Shown here: positions 28,380 to 40,710 of the stretch, in pieces
Layout: each line of letters begins with the position of its first letter
How positions within the stretch are numbered: the stretch's first letter is position 1
NCBI RefSeq assembly: GCF_009914755.1
Contig: NC_060947.1
Reading direction: 5' to 3' (one strand)
Length of the DNA: 64,000 nt
Source: the human T2T-CHM13v2.0 reference genome, Homo sapiens
Made by a program: the position numbers and the translations under genes
Notes under the pieces: generated by a model
The model's input: the letters and a program-made list of their open reading frames with translations, nothing else
Database searches by the model: none
Told to the model about the DNA's origin: nothing

Positions 28380-28660
28380 TTTAATAAAATTTATAATTTA
28401 TAATAAATTACAATACAATAAATATATTATAAATATATCTATAATAAATATATTATATAATATAATGTAACAATATAATAAAATTATATATTTATTATTA
28501 ATAAATATATTTATATTTATTGTGCAAATTTATTAATACTTAATAAAATTTACATTTATTTTATTAACAATAAATATTAATAACAGTAAACATATTTATA
28601 TTTATTATATCAATTTTATTACATATACTATTTAATAAAAACATTTATATATAATGTTGA
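28380..28660. repeat. AT-rich low-complexity tract
   Basis: Almost entirely A/T with TATAA/TTTAT motifs. Confidence 0.9.
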
Positions 28661-29602
28661 TTTTAAAATTTTCCAAACAATTTTCATTTCCTATAAAATA
28701 GGGGCTTAGAATGTGTGAAAACATTTTTACCAAACATTTACTACCATCTAGTTACTGTTCTAAACGGTTTACATGTATTAGCTCAATCCTTGGCCAATCC
28801 CTATGAGTGAGGTGCGATTCTTATCTCTATTGTTAAAAAAGAGAAAATAAAGGCACAGAAAATTGAGGAAAAATTTAATTAATTGAGGAGTTTTGGGACT
28901 GTGGTGGAATAACTTTAGTCTGGTTTTATTACAGAAGAGATTATTGCCTACCTGTGTCTTTATACCAATGGTCTGATCCACAACTGCAGATGCAATCTCC
29001 TTTGTCTTCATGTTTTAATGGTGGAGTTAGTATGTCTATCTCATACACAACACAAAACTCACATTAAGATCTCCATTAGGACAATCCAATTATGGCAACA
29101 TCACCTAGTGCTTCATATTCCATGAGGAATACTTAGTCATTTTTTAGATAGAGCACTAGAGACTTGGATAAGAGAAACAGAGACTGTAGACTGTAATCTC
29201 GATATGAAAGGAGTTATTGTGGGGAGTGGGAAAGAATATAGAGTCTGGAGTCAGAAAGGTATGCGTTCAAACCCTGGCTCTACCTCCTATCATGTGTCAC
29301 TTGGGGCAAGCCATTTGACCACTGTCAGCCTTTATTTCTTACTAAAGGGGATATAGTAATACACATCTGCAGAACAATTATGAGCATTACATGTGATAAT
29401 TAAAAACATCAGTTCCTTGTACAATGAATCCACTCTTGGATCAAAAAGTTCCCATTTTATGTTCACATAAGAATTCCCGTGTCATGTTTTATCTTTTAAA
29501 TCAAGAGAATTAACACCTATAGTTCACGTTTATTTTTTCAATAAGAAAGTAATTATACTAAAAACGCCACAATTAGGGCGGAAATAGAAATAGTTATCTT
29601 AC

Positions 29603-29745
29603 CTGCCCATCATTTGTAAACACGTAGCCAACTGTATGAAGTTCTTCAGGTGGAGTTGGTTGACTCGTTTGAAGTGGAGAAGCCTGTATCTGCAGATAGT
29701 CCTCATAATTAACTATGTGTGTTACTAGAACACTTTGATTTATAA
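29603..29745 (-). pseudogene. SAGE2P: SAGE2P first coding-type exon; SAGE1 start codon replaced by ATA (29687-29689)
   Basis: ATA CAG GCT TCT CCA..GAT GGG CAG|gtaaga = [29 protein letters not shown]. Two candidate acceptors: 29746-29747 (TTCCAG) and 29690-29691 (CTGCAG). Confidence 0.88.
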
Positions 29746-30150
29746 CTGGAACATAACTGGCACATAAATCAGTGCTACACAGCTGAAATATATGATCCTC
29801 TTGAGAGTACATGATCACAGACTGTCTTAGTAATGTGTGCCTTGGCACCAAACACAGTTTAGAATCTCATATCTAGAATCATCTCCCTTTACCTAAGTCA
29901 TGACTCAGTCCACCCTCACTACTTCCTATAGGTTCACACCACTAGGTTAAACAATTCCCTTATGCCTCCAGCTCAGTTTGAGAATGGGCTGACCTCCCTT
30001 ACACCACCATCCCAACTAAAAATCTAATTCTAAATATTAATACTTTAATATTTAGAATGCCAATTTTCACTGAATTATTCAAGCTCATTTTTTAAAGCTC
30101 AAAGGAGAAGTATGTATTAATGAGCACATACACTGTCCTACTTAACTTAC

Positions 30151-30318
30151 CTGCCCATTATTTATAAACACACAGCCAAAAGTATAAACTTCTTCAGGTG
30201 GAGTTGGCTGACTCGTTTGAAGTGTCCAATTTGAAGTGACTGACTCCTTTGAACCAGCATCTGCAGATATTCCTCATAGCTAACTATGTGTGTGTGACTA
30301 GAACACTCTGATTAAAAA
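30151..30318 (-). pseudogene. Tandem duplicate of the first coding-type exon; ATG retained but frameshifted
   Basis: CTGCAG ATG CTG GTT..; 110 nt from ATG to the GTAAGT donor versus 87; reads MLVQRSQSLQIGHFKRVSQLHLKKFILLAVCL*. Confidence 0.8.
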
Positions 30319-31239
30319 CTAGAACATAAATGGCAAAGAAATCGACACTATTCTCCCCATTGAAAGGGTGTAGGCTCCGTGGCATTCTCTTATCATCCAG
30401 AGAACGCTGAGTAGTGGGCCTAACCCTCTTTGGATAACTTGCTGAAATCTATAGATATTTTTCCCTGGAAAAATACCCTTACACACAAACTTGGTGTATA
30501 ATTTCAGAAGTGTGACCAGCCTGAGATCTGATTAATTTAGTGGACAGATGACCCCACTTAAAATCACCAACATTGGGGTACAGAGGGTTTGTAAACTGAT
30601 GCCAATTATCCTGGACACTATCAGCTTTGTTATTTCCATATAAACAAGGAATTCTCTGCTGAACTCACAGCGGTAGGCAGTGTCATATAGTATTTGCGTG
30701 TGCAGTCTCTGAAATCTGACAGACCTAGGTTCTGTCACTTTTCCAACTGGTTAAACCTGTGAGGGATGCTTAAATGTGCACTCTACGATTCTATTTCCAT
30801 AAAATGGGCATAAAACAGTATCTAACTCATGGCGCTCTCATAAGGATTATCAGAGATAAAGCACAAAGAGGATAGTGTATGTGCTGGCTAATACATACTT
30901 TCTTTAAGCTTGAAAAAAATAAAGTTGTGGGATTCAGTGAAAATGGACATTCTAAATTTTAAAATATTCAAAAATAAACTACTCTTACGATAAACACCTT
31001 CCTACAAACTAGACTTGATATTTTCAAAATCAATAAAGGCAGACACAAAAACTTGTCTGGTTTCAGCATAGCAAATTTCCTCCTGGTTAACTTGTCTAAA
31101 TGACTGCTACTTGCAATATCATAAACATTTCTATATGTCTAAGTCCTCCTTTATAAAACAAGTAATTCGTTATTCCTGAAGTTTTAAATTGATGTATTTA
31201 ATACAGGCAAGCAGAAGGAGAGGAATGATGGAAATTAGA

Positions 31240-31730
31240 GTAGAAGAAAATCAATAAAATAAAAAAACAGAAAAATCAATGAAATCAAAAGTTGGTTCAC
31301 TGAAAAAGTGAAAGAAACCTAACAATCTTTTAGCTTGACTGACCAAGAAAAAAAGAAAGGACTACTAAAATCAAGAATGAAAGGGGGGTTATTAATACTG
31401 ACCTTATAGAAATTAAAAGGAATAAATTCTGAACAATTTTATGCCAACAAGTTAAACAACTTAGATAAAATAGAAAAATTCCTAGAAGACAAATTACTGA
31501 CTCTAGAAGAAATAGAAAATCGAAATAGGACTATTGAAAGAAAAGGGATATAATTAGTAATTTAAAATCTCCCCACAAATACAAGCCAAGCCAAGGTGGC
31601 TTTGCGTGTAAATTCTGTAAACATTTAAGGAAGAAATAATACCAATACTTAGCAATGTCTTCAAAAAAATAACACAGGAAGAAACACTACTTCATTCTAT
31701 CAAGCCAATATTACCCCGATATCAAAGCCA
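31240..31730 (+). mobile_element. Old L1M ORF2 fragment
   Basis: AAAAATCAATGAAATCAAAAGTTGGTTC and CTAGAAGAAATAGAAAAT are typical L1 ORF2 sequence. Confidence 0.75.
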
Positions 31731-31753
31731 TTTTGTCAGCTCCAAATTCCCCC

Positions 31754-32185
31754 TTTCATCCCGCTGTGTGAGAAGGTTCTGCGTTCCTCTGCTTACGTCG
31801 GCTGTACAGTCCGCTGTACAGGCCGCCTTTAGAGGGCGCCAGAGTCAGCGAAGGGGAGGGCTGCGCTTCCTGGTTCTCTAGGCTGGCACCCACTGAGCGA
31901 GAGCCTTCTCCTAGGGACTCTGGCGCCCTGCACAGGTCCCCGTGTTCTGTTGGAGCAGGGCACGCGGTGTCCTGAGGCTTCCCTTCCTTCCATTGCCCTT
32001 GGACCATACACGGTGCTTGTGGTGAGATGCCACCCCATGTGCATCACTCCCAGGCGCCCTAGGGGGTACATTTCCCACAACTCCCAGAGGGCAGGTTTCT
32101 AGAAAGTTCCAGCAGTGGTGAGGCACCATAACAACTTTATTGCCATTTTGTGAGGTGCAGCCACACTCCTCTGGCAAGATCAGGA
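31754..32185 (+). promoter_or_regulatory. Orphan copy of the CT45 promoter/exon-1 module (copy 1; donor GT>AT)
   Basis: Colinear with 56806-57220; CTCF-like TAGAGGGCGCCA at 31830-31841, GCCATTTTG at 32142-32150, and GCAAG|ATCAGG instead of GCAAG|GTCAGG. Confidence 0.8.
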
Positions 32186-32480
32186 TTTTTTTTTTTTTTT
32201 TTTTTTTTACGTTTGAGACAGAGTCCTGCTTTGTCCCTCAGGCTGACGTGCAGTGGCAGCGAACAGGGCTCACTGCAGCCTCGACCTCCTGGGCTCAAGC
32301 AATCCTCCCACCTCAGCCTCCCGAGTAGCTGGGACTACAGGCATGCACCACCATACCTATTTTTTGTAGAGATGGGGTCTCACTATGTTGCCCAGGCTGG
32401 TCTCAAACTCGGGCTCAAGCAATCCACCCGCCACGGCCTTCCAAAGTGCTGGCATTATAGGCGTGAGCAACCACGCCCAG
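32186..32480 (-). mobile_element. Alu (AluJ-like, internally deleted)
   Basis: Poly-T followed by reverse Alu motifs. Confidence 0.9.
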
Positions 32481-32549
32481 CAAGGTCAGAATATCAACAT
32501 TGGTGATAAGATGAATAGGATAGAATTTCAACATTGGGGGGTTGGGGGA

Positions 32550-33347
32550 GGTTATTTGAGTATTCCATTTAAGATCTGTAGTGGGGAGCTCTTTCCAAGG
32601 CACTGTATCTCAACAGTGTTTCAGGATAAACTTTTTGGAAGGTAATCTGTCTTAGCTCTGGGTTAAAGGGATTCTTCCCTGTATACTCCACCTCAAATTC
32701 CCAAAGGTAGATCTCCAATGAGTTCTGCCAATGTGGCACCCCAACAAGTTCTCTGGCATACATTGAGTAACAGCTGGGCCTACCCGATACGTGGACTTCA
32801 ACCCTTGGTTGTGGTGGTGGTGGTGTGAGTGTTTCCTCATATGCTCTCTTCAAGCCCTGAGAGGACTTTCATGGGTTCCTCTGTCTCAGCATGGGGGTGA
32901 TGAATCTTCCTCTGGGTTTTAACTTACTCCTGGGAGAAAGTTCTTATCTTACCTGGGTGCCCTACCTCAACCCTACGTAAATGTTTTCTTGTGGGCTCTG
33001 TCTCATCCCTTTTGGATGGGGCTGTTTCTGAGTTGCTGTATCTTAGCCCTGGAAAGGATGTTCCATAATGCTCTATCTCAGTCCAGAGGGGCGACTCTTA
33101 GGGGCTCTATCTCAGTCCTTGGGAAGGAGACTTTTCCTTGGTTGTTTCATAACTGCAGCTGGAAGACTCTTCCCTGGGTTCTCATCATACTTATGTTAGG
33201 GGATGCCTTCCTTGGTTGCTCTATGTCAGCCATGAAGTGAAGGAGCTTCCTTGGATGCTCTGTTTCCCACCTCAGGTGGGGGAGGACCACTCCTTGGATG
33301 CTATATCTCAGCCCTGCAGGGGACTCTTCCTCATGTGCTCATCACAG

Positions 33348-33387
<40 letters not shown>

Positions 33388-34080
33388 CTTTCCTTTGATA
33401 GTCAATCTCTTCCTCATGTGCTGTATACAAGCTCTGGAGTTGAGGTTTTTCCTTGGATGCTCTATCTCAAGCCTACAGTGGCACATCCTTAATGCTCTAA
33501 CTCACCATTGCTGGAATTTTTCTTAACTCTGGGGTGTAGAACTTTTCCTTGCATGCTCCATCCTCTAGTGGGGGAGTTATTCTTTGTGGTCTTTTAACTC
33601 CACCACCCAGAGGTTCTTACTTGTGTGCTCTGTTTCAACTCTAGGGGAGGGACAGTAGTTGTATTTTGGGTGCTCTATCACTCCTATGAGAGGACTGAGG
33701 TCTTTCTTAGGTTCTCTAATTCATCTGTGGAGAGGATTCTTCTGTGGGCTTCTGATTCAGCCCTGTGGGGAAGACTCTTCCTAGGAGCTCTAGCTGAGCT
33801 CTGCCATGGTGTGGGGGCGTGGGAGGGGCAGGAACTTGGTCTTGGATGCTCTATCTCAGCCTAGGCAGGATTCATCCTTGGGTGTGCCTTCTCAGCTTTG
33901 AGCAGGAAAATCTTCCTTGTGGGATCAAACTCAATCCTTGGGGGATTCTGCATCAGGTGCTTTCACTTAGCTAAGGAGGTGGGTTGGCTTTTTCTTAACT
34001 GTTCTATCTCAGCAATGTCTGGGAGGTGGGAGGTGGAGCGTGGAGGACTTCTTTGGGTGCACTATCTCAGTTGAGGATAC
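32550..34080 (+). repeat. Degenerate ~36-40-bp tandem array, homologous to the start of CT45A1 intron 1
   Basis: Recurrent GCTCTATCTCAGCC...GGGGA..ACTCTTCCTTGGAT; contains (TG)n at ~33348-33385. Confidence 0.75.
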
Positions 34081-37000
34081 TGACCACTTCTTATACTTGC
34101 TCTTTCTGTATTTAGACTTCTCTTTATTTCTTACTAGCCAGTTTCTTGTTACTCTGTTCCCCTGTTATCGTTAATAATTCTATATGTTCAACTTTCACTG
34201 TTTGAATTACTGTGTGGTTTCTCTCTCTTAATTTGATGAGATATGAAACAGAAATGGTACTGTGGATAGTCCTGGGGTAGACCCTTTAGCTGAGATTAGG
34301 GAATTTATCTGGTCATGCCTTTGGGCTTAAACACAGCACCCTGCTTCTTGCCAAAGAGAAATGATACGAAAGTATAATCCATGGCATGCATAAACTTCAC
34401 ACCTTGTCAAGGTATCACCATGGATGATTGTGATGAACTGCCAGTTGAACTGCTGGGGAGCCAGTGTATCAATCTGGAGCCAGTGTATCAATCTGGTTCC
34501 AACCGCATAGGAGTTGCAGTTGCACCACATCCACACAAAACCTGGTATAGACTGCCGTTAGTTTTAGCTATTTTGCTGGGTGTTTAGCCATATCTCATAT
34601 GGCTTTCATTTGCCCTTCTCTGATGTGAATGAGTTGAAGCAACTATTTATATATTTAGTAGCCAGCCATTTGTATATGTCCTTATGAAGTACCTTTTCAG
34701 GCCCTTTTGCCCATATTTTATTTGGTTATCTTTTTCTCAGTGATTTGTAGGAGTTCTAAATTCAACTCCTTTTTCAGATATTATATATAATATAATATAT
34801 AATATGTATACATAAAATGAGTATCTTCTGTGAATCTCTGGTTTGCCTTTTCATTCTCTTAATAATGTCTTTTGATGATTAGAAATTCTTAATTTAATTA
34901 ATTCCAATTAATCTTTCTTTTTTACGCCATTAAAAACCTTTGCCAACCCCAGAGTCATGAAGATGATATCTCAAGTTTTGTTCTAGATTTCTGACCCATC
35001 TCAAATGAATTTTGGTATATGTAATGAGGTAAATGTCAAGGTTCATTTTTCCCCTATGTTTACTTAGTGGACTTATTTGAAAACTATCATTTCCACCAGA
35101 TATGCAGTTATATTTTTCTGTAAATGTGTATTTCCTTTTTTACTTTCTAAAAATTTTTTTCAACTTTTTTTTTTAATCTTTCCCCTTTTTATTTGCTATG
35201 GAGTGGCCACAGTGCTCCATGGAACAGAAATGCGAAGACCATCCCCAAACCAGGTCCAGGCATCTTCTCTGCAGGAGGCCCTAGAGACATCACCATTGAC
35301 TGGCCAAGTTTCCAAGTATAAGGGAAAGCCACTTTCTTTATGCCTCTCGGTTATGATGTCTTTCCGCCTCTGCCAAGCCCTGGCTCTCTGAGGTCCAGTG
35401 TTAAAAAAATAAATTAGGCTTCCCTGGAATGGAACCAGCGTGGGTCTTGTCTCTTTCCTGTGAGTTTCCAGGTACAAGTGCATTCTTCTCCTCTCTCCGA
35501 AGGGCAGCCATGCAAGTTGGATCCAGACACTAATACCGTTATCATCATCATCATCATTGTCTGTCATCACTGTCAACAGTCAGGAATCAGTAAGTCCTGT
35601 AAGTCAGGCTTAGGGAGCTGAAGGCTGATGGACAGACTTGGAAGGCATGTGCACCCCAAAAGCAACTGCAAGCTGCAGTGCACAGACCAGAGGCAGTAGC
35701 CAGCACAGTGTCCACTGTCCCCTTCCAGAGAAGAGATGATGGTGGTTTAGGGAAGGAGGAAGAGGAGAGAAAGCTCCAGGAGTGAGAGCTACTGGGAGCA
35801 GCACAGATCAACTGAGATAATGTGAGGAAAACACCCAGCAAGACACCGGCATATGTTAGTTGCTCTGTGAACAGCAGAAGTTTCTTGTGTGTTTTTTTTG
35901 TTTTTTGTTTTTTGTTTTTTTTTAAATAAACTGCTGCAGCTGTTGAGAAGCCCCTGCAAGTCTTAGACTATGTGCAGAGGGCCTGGTTTCCTTCATTCAC
36001 AGACCTGGGCCCCTGGGAGGGATGAAAGAATATAAGAATTCACCTCCAAACCAGAGGCCTGAGTCATGAACTTTAAAGGAGAAGGGGGAAATCCACAGTA
36101 AGGTGGAGGCAGCATTCACCCCTGCACGGCTATGTGGGACTCACCATCCAAGGCACACTTTGGTTCCCATCCCAGGGCACCAGGTGCCACCATGGCTGGA
36201 GCCCTCAGTCTACACATGAATCAAACAGGTACTACGACAGCTTCTGGTTGATTAATATGTGTTCGTTCTATTTCCCCAGCTGGGCAAGATCAGAAAGTGT
36301 TCTAAATGTTGTTTCAAAAAGAGTGAGGCTTTTCCTAGGTCAGGCTCAGTGAGGTGTTGTTTTTATTTTTTAAAACACTTTTTATGTTGAAGAAATTTCA
36401 CATTTACAAAAGAGTTTCTTGGGGATAGAAGGGAGCTCCCATAAATCCTTCACCTGCCATCAGGGGCTCCAGGCAGGGCAGTAACATGGTCAGAATTCTG
36501 TCCTCCAGCAGGTTGCTGGCTAGGGCAATGACAGGCACCAAGATCAGTTAGGGGGTGGATATCAAAGTCCGAGGAATGTTGCCTGAAGTCTGAGCTAAGG
36601 CAAGGCGAAGCCTGGTCACCCTCCCAGGGACCAGCAATCAAAATGCCCACAGGCTCCAGGACTACACCAGGAAGAAAGAAGCCAGAAACAACAACAGGTA
36701 ATGGTTACTGGGAGTCAGCCTGGGCGCAAGCACCACCATGTGCCAGTGGGACCCTGGATGCATCATCTCAGTGCCTGAGGCACTGAGTGCATCCTGAGGC
36801 ACAGGATCTCTCAGTGCCTCAGTTCCCTTATCTGTAAAATGGGGAGATCTCACTGCCCACCTCACAGAGCCATTGTGAGCATTAAATGAGCTAGTCATGC
36901 TTGAAACAGGGTCTTTCCATCTATGTGGTACCAGCTAGTATCATCAATTCAGCATAAAGGGCTCCAAGTGAAGATAATCCTAGCAATCCAGAAGTGGCCA

Positions 37001-37263
37001 GCATCCACTGGGCACCTCCTATGGGCCAGCCCTGGCTCAGGGTACAGCATGCGTAATCTCACATAATGTTTTCAACTACCATAAGAGGTGGGGATGTCAC
37101 CAGTCCCCATGTCCAGGGTAGGGCTTAGAGGCACGATGGGTCCAGGGACCAGGTGGGAAAGACTCAGCCAGGACTCCAACTGAGATACTCCAAGTCCAAG
37201 TCCACATTTTCAAACCCTATGTCCTCCTGCCTCCAAGGCTGGCAGGGTGACCTTCGAGAGTGA

Positions 37264-37768
<505 letters not shown>

Positions 37769-37771
37769 TCA

Positions 37772-38662
37772 GCTTTTATTTTATGTTCAGGGGTACATGT
37801 GCAGGATGTGGATGTGCAGGTTTGTTACATAGGTAAACGTGTGCCTTGGCGGTTTGCTGCACAGAGCATTCCATTACCTAGGTATTAAGCACAGTGTCAG
37901 TTAGCTATTCTTCCTGATGCTCTCCCTTCCCCCACACTCCTTCTGACAGGCCCCAGTGTGTGTTGTTCCCCCACCCCCCAACGTGTCCTTGTGTTCTCAT
38001 CATTTGGCTCCCACTAGTAAGTGAGCATATGCGCTGCTTGGTTTTCTGTTCCTGTGTTAGTTTGCTGAAGATAACGGCTTCCAACTCCATCCATACCCCT
38101 CCAAAGGACATGATCTCATTCCTTTTTATGGTTGCATTGTATTTCATGGTGTATATGTACCACATTTTCTTTATCCAGTCTATTATTGATGGGCATTTAG
38201 GTTGATTCCATGTCTTTGCTGTTGTAAGTAGTGCTGCAATGAACATACTGAATGCTTTATATTCCTTTGGGTATATACCTAGTAATGGGATTGCTGGGTC
38301 AAATGGTATTTCTGCCTCTTGATCTTTGAGGAATCACCACACTGTCTTCCACAATGGTTGAAGTAATTTACACTCCCACCAACAGTGTAAAAGCAGTCCT
38401 TTTTCTCTGCAACCTCACCGGTATCTGTTGTTTTTTGTCTTTTTTTCTTTTGCTCCTGTCGCGCAGCCCAGAGTACAGTGGAGCAATCTCGGCTCACTGC
38501 AACCTCCACCTCCCAGGTTCAAGTGATTCTCCTTCCTCAGCCTCTGACTGGCATGAGATGGTATCTTATTGTGGTTTTGATTTGCATTTCTCTAATGTTC
38601 AGTAATGTTGAGCTTTTATTCATATGTTTCTTGGCCGCATGTATGTCTTCTTTTGAGAAGTA
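37772..38662 (-). mobile_element. Truncated L1P 3' end containing an Alu fragment (~38430-38545)
   Basis: [32 protein letters not shown]2 C-terminus and 3' UTR. Confidence 0.9.
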
Positions 38663-39851
38663 AATGTGTATTTCATTTAAGTTTTTGAATTTAATATAAA
38701 GTTGTTCATAGGAGTTTCCCTTCCCTTTTTAGAATTTTTGCTGCATCCATAGTTATGTCATTTTTCATTCCTAATGTTACGTATTTGTTCATTATTTTTT
38801 TCTTGATCAATCTTCCTAAAGGTTTGTCTATGCTATTAGTTTTCAAAGGACCGACTTTTGGATTTGTTTATTTTCTCTATTGCAATTTCTTTTCTATTTC
38901 ATTAATTTCTGCTTCATGTTTATTAGCACCTTCTTTCTACTTTCTTTGGGTATATTCTACTGTTCTTCATCCAGTTTCTTATGTTAGACAGAGCTCAATT
39001 TTCAGGCTTTTTTTCCTTTTCTAATATAAGCACGTAAGACTATGTATTTCCTCTAAGGACCAGTTTCACTGCATCCAGAAAGTTTTCATATGCAATATAT
39101 TCCTTATCATTCATACCTAAGTACTTATTAGAAGACTTTTAAAATTTCTGAATACATTTTGTTGTTGTTGCTATTCACTTCTAGTTCAATTTCGTTTTGT
39201 TTAAAGAGTATGTATGAAACTAGGTATTTGAACATTGTTGAGACCATGGCCTGTTTTTCCATGTATGCTTGAGAATAGTTTATATTCCGATTGTTGGTTA
39301 CAGGTTTCTATAAATGGCCACAAGTTAACTTTGTTTATTGTATTGTTCACATTTATGTGTTTATTATTTTTTTCTGTTCAACTTAACATTAATTGAGATA
39401 ATTACGTTTAAAATCTTCCACAATAATGGTGGATTTTTCAATTTCTCTCAATAGTTCTTATTATTGCTTTATATATTTTCGAGACTATTTTATTAACTGC
39501 ATACACCTGTACAATTGTTAAATGTTTCTGGAGAAATGAATTTTGACCATTACATAGGGACTATTTATGCTCAAATAATGCATTTTATTGGTCACCTTTA
39601 TCTGATATCAATATAACTTCCTCATCTTTCTTTCTCTTTTGATGTTTGAGATTTTAATCCAAACACATTGCTATTTGCATTAAAATCACAGGATACACGA
39701 ACATGTAGAAGGTAGTATGTGGTAAAAAAATGCTGAGCTTCACGTGAGCTCACATTTAACTCTGGTCCTGCCCCTGATCACTCAAAGGACCTTGACAATT
39801 CATACTTCCTCATCAGGAAAGTGAGGGAATTTGATTGGATTAGTGCCAGAC

Positions 39852-40710
39852 TTCTTTTTAACTTTTATTTTAAGTTCTAGGGTACAAGTACAGGTTTGTT
39901 ACACAGGTAAATTTGTGTCACAGGAGTTTGTTGTACAGATTATTTCATCACCCAGGTGTTAAGCCTAGTACCCATCAGTTATTTTTCCTGATACTTTCCC
40001 TCCTCTCACCCTCCATCCCCAGGTAGATTCCAGTGTCTGTTGCTCCCATATTTGTGTCCATGTGTTCTCATCATTTAGCTCCCACTCATGAGTGAGAACA
40101 TGCAGTATTTATTTTTTTGTTCCTGTGTTAGTTTGCTAAGGATAACAGCCTTCAGCTTCATCCATGTTTCTGCAAAAGACAAAATCTCATTCTTTTTTAT
40201 GGCTGCATAGTATTCCATGGTGTATATGTACCACATTTTCTTTATTCAGTCTGCCATTGATGAGCACTTAGGTTGATTCCATGTCTTTGCTATTGTAATA
40301 GTGTTGCAGTGAACATTTGCATGCATATATCTTTATGTTAGAATGGTTTACATTCCTTAGGGTATATACACAGTAATGGCATTGCTGGGTCAAATGTTAG
40401 TTCTGCTTTCAGCTCTTTGAGGAATCACTATGCTGCTTTCCACAGTGGTTGAACTATTAGGTTGGTGCAAAAGTAATTGCTATTTTTGCCATTAAACGTA
40501 ATGGCAAAACTGCAATTACTTTTGCACCCACCTAATAATTTATGCTCCCACCAACAGTGTATAAAGTGTTCGCTTTTCTCCACAACCTCACCAGCATCTG
40601 TTATTTCTTGACTTTTTAATAATAGCCATTTTGACTGTTGTGAGATGGTATCTCATTGTGGTTTTGATTTGCAATTTGTGTTTCTCTAGTGATCAATGAT
40701 ATTGAATGCT
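39852..40710 (-). mobile_element. Truncated L1P 3' end
   Basis: TTTTAAGTTCTAGGGTAC 3' UTR start and ORF2 C-terminal sequence. Confidence 0.9.
40457..40535. mobile_element. MADE1 (Hsmar1-derived mariner MITE) inserted in the L1
   Basis: Palindrome TTAGGTTGGTGCAAAAGTAATTGC...GCAATTACTTTTGCACCCACCTAA with TA duplication (40455-40456, 40536-40537). Confidence 0.93.

Larger units (their letters stand above)
16945..30318 (-). pseudogene. SAGE2P: SAGE1 (sarcoma antigen 1) paralogue, unprocessed pseudogene
   Basis: Spliced translation matches SAGE1 throughout ([17 protein letters not shown]; [15 protein letters not shown]; 47-aa ATVTHNVHEE..MSTRDL repeats; [20 protein letters not shown]; [21 protein letters not shown]) with GT-AG boundaries and several disabling changes. 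Its position next to CT45A1 fits SAGE2P. Confidence 0.9.

Noticed and set aside
16945-30318. Calling the minus-strand gene SAGE1 itself
   Set aside because: It has many substitutions versus recalled SAGE1, fewer repeat exons, a lost start and several disablements
30340-30450. Possible further INTS6-like exon on the minus strand
   Set aside because: The translation (ISASYPKRVRPTTQRSLDDKRMPRSLHPF) shows no convincing match and no clear donor
30669-30720. Candidate SAGE2P non-coding first exon ending at a GTGAGT donor (30667-30668, minus)
   Set aside because: The donor hexamer is good, but it overlaps a MIR-like remnant and I cannot support a TSS from sequence alone
34457-34496. Short direct duplication GGAGCCAGTGTATCAATCT x2
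   Set aside because: It is an ordinary local slippage duplication with no further structure
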